This document shows positions 63,510-64,000 of a DNA stretch of 64,000 nt, piece by piece. A program made the translations under genes and the position numbers. This stretch comes from Epiperipatus broadwayi. Taxonomy: Eukaryota > Animalia > Onychophora. The notes under the pieces were generated by a model. It was given only the letters and a program-made list of their open reading frames with translations. It was not told the DNA's origin and did no database searches. How positions within the stretch are numbered: the first letter of the stretch is position 1; each line of letters opens with the position of its first letter. Location: NCBI GenBank assembly GCA_028023455.1, contig JAQFVV010000010.1, positions 14,074,001-14,138,000 on the forward strand, written 5' to 3'.

Positions 63510-64000
63510 CATTTGCCATGCTTTTGATAATAGTAATTTTTTTTATGAAGTTAAAGCTCAAGATATAGCCACATAAAGAAAACATTTTGTTACATAGTTA
63601 AGCATACTTTTATAAGATCCTGGCTATACTGGCATTAATTATATTAAATAGGTCTATTTATAATTAAATTATTAGCCAACATGAAAATACAAATTCATGT
63701 TAACGATTTCCTTGTCAAGGCAGAATTTCAAATGCAAAAATTACACAAAGCAATATGAATATACTATAGTACCTTCCCACAAACATTCCAATCATTTTTA
63801 CTATAAAAAGTTTTGAATAAATTAATAGCTTCAGACCCTACAAATTTGATTAAAATATTCTTTAATGCTTCTCTTTTATTCGTTCTTATTGAAGACAATC
63901 TAGTTTATTTTTGTTATTGTCTGTTGCATGATAAAAAAGAAGAAAAAAACAGGTCCTGTTACATAAGTTTATCTAGGAATGTCCATATTTTAGATTGGAA

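Overview
AT-rich (roughly 25-30% GC by eye), CpG-poor eukaryotic DNA, most likely from an invertebrate animal. There is no long intact ORF, rRNA, functional tRNA or CRISPR array, and no host gene can be named. The window reads as a large intron or intergenic region packed with decayed mobile elements. (1) Several Penelope-like element (PLE) remnant families: two carry GIY-YIG endonuclease remnants and three carry minimal hammerhead-ribozyme (HHR) motifs. Most occur as fold-back insertions, several bounded by 13-19 bp target-site duplications (TSDs). (2) Seven copies of a tRNA-Gly(TCC)-derived poly(A) SINE whose leader and trailer extend the acceptor stem. (3) L1/Tx1, RTE and Gypsy remnants. 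(4) Four hAT-Charlie elements with 8-bp TSDs, one resembling the SPIN/URR1 MITE known for horizontal transfer. (5) A Merlin element with 33-bp TIRs. Plus-strand AG|GT sites may be recursive splice sites of an unidentified host gene. All alignments and folds were done by eye, and boundaries without TSDs are approximate.
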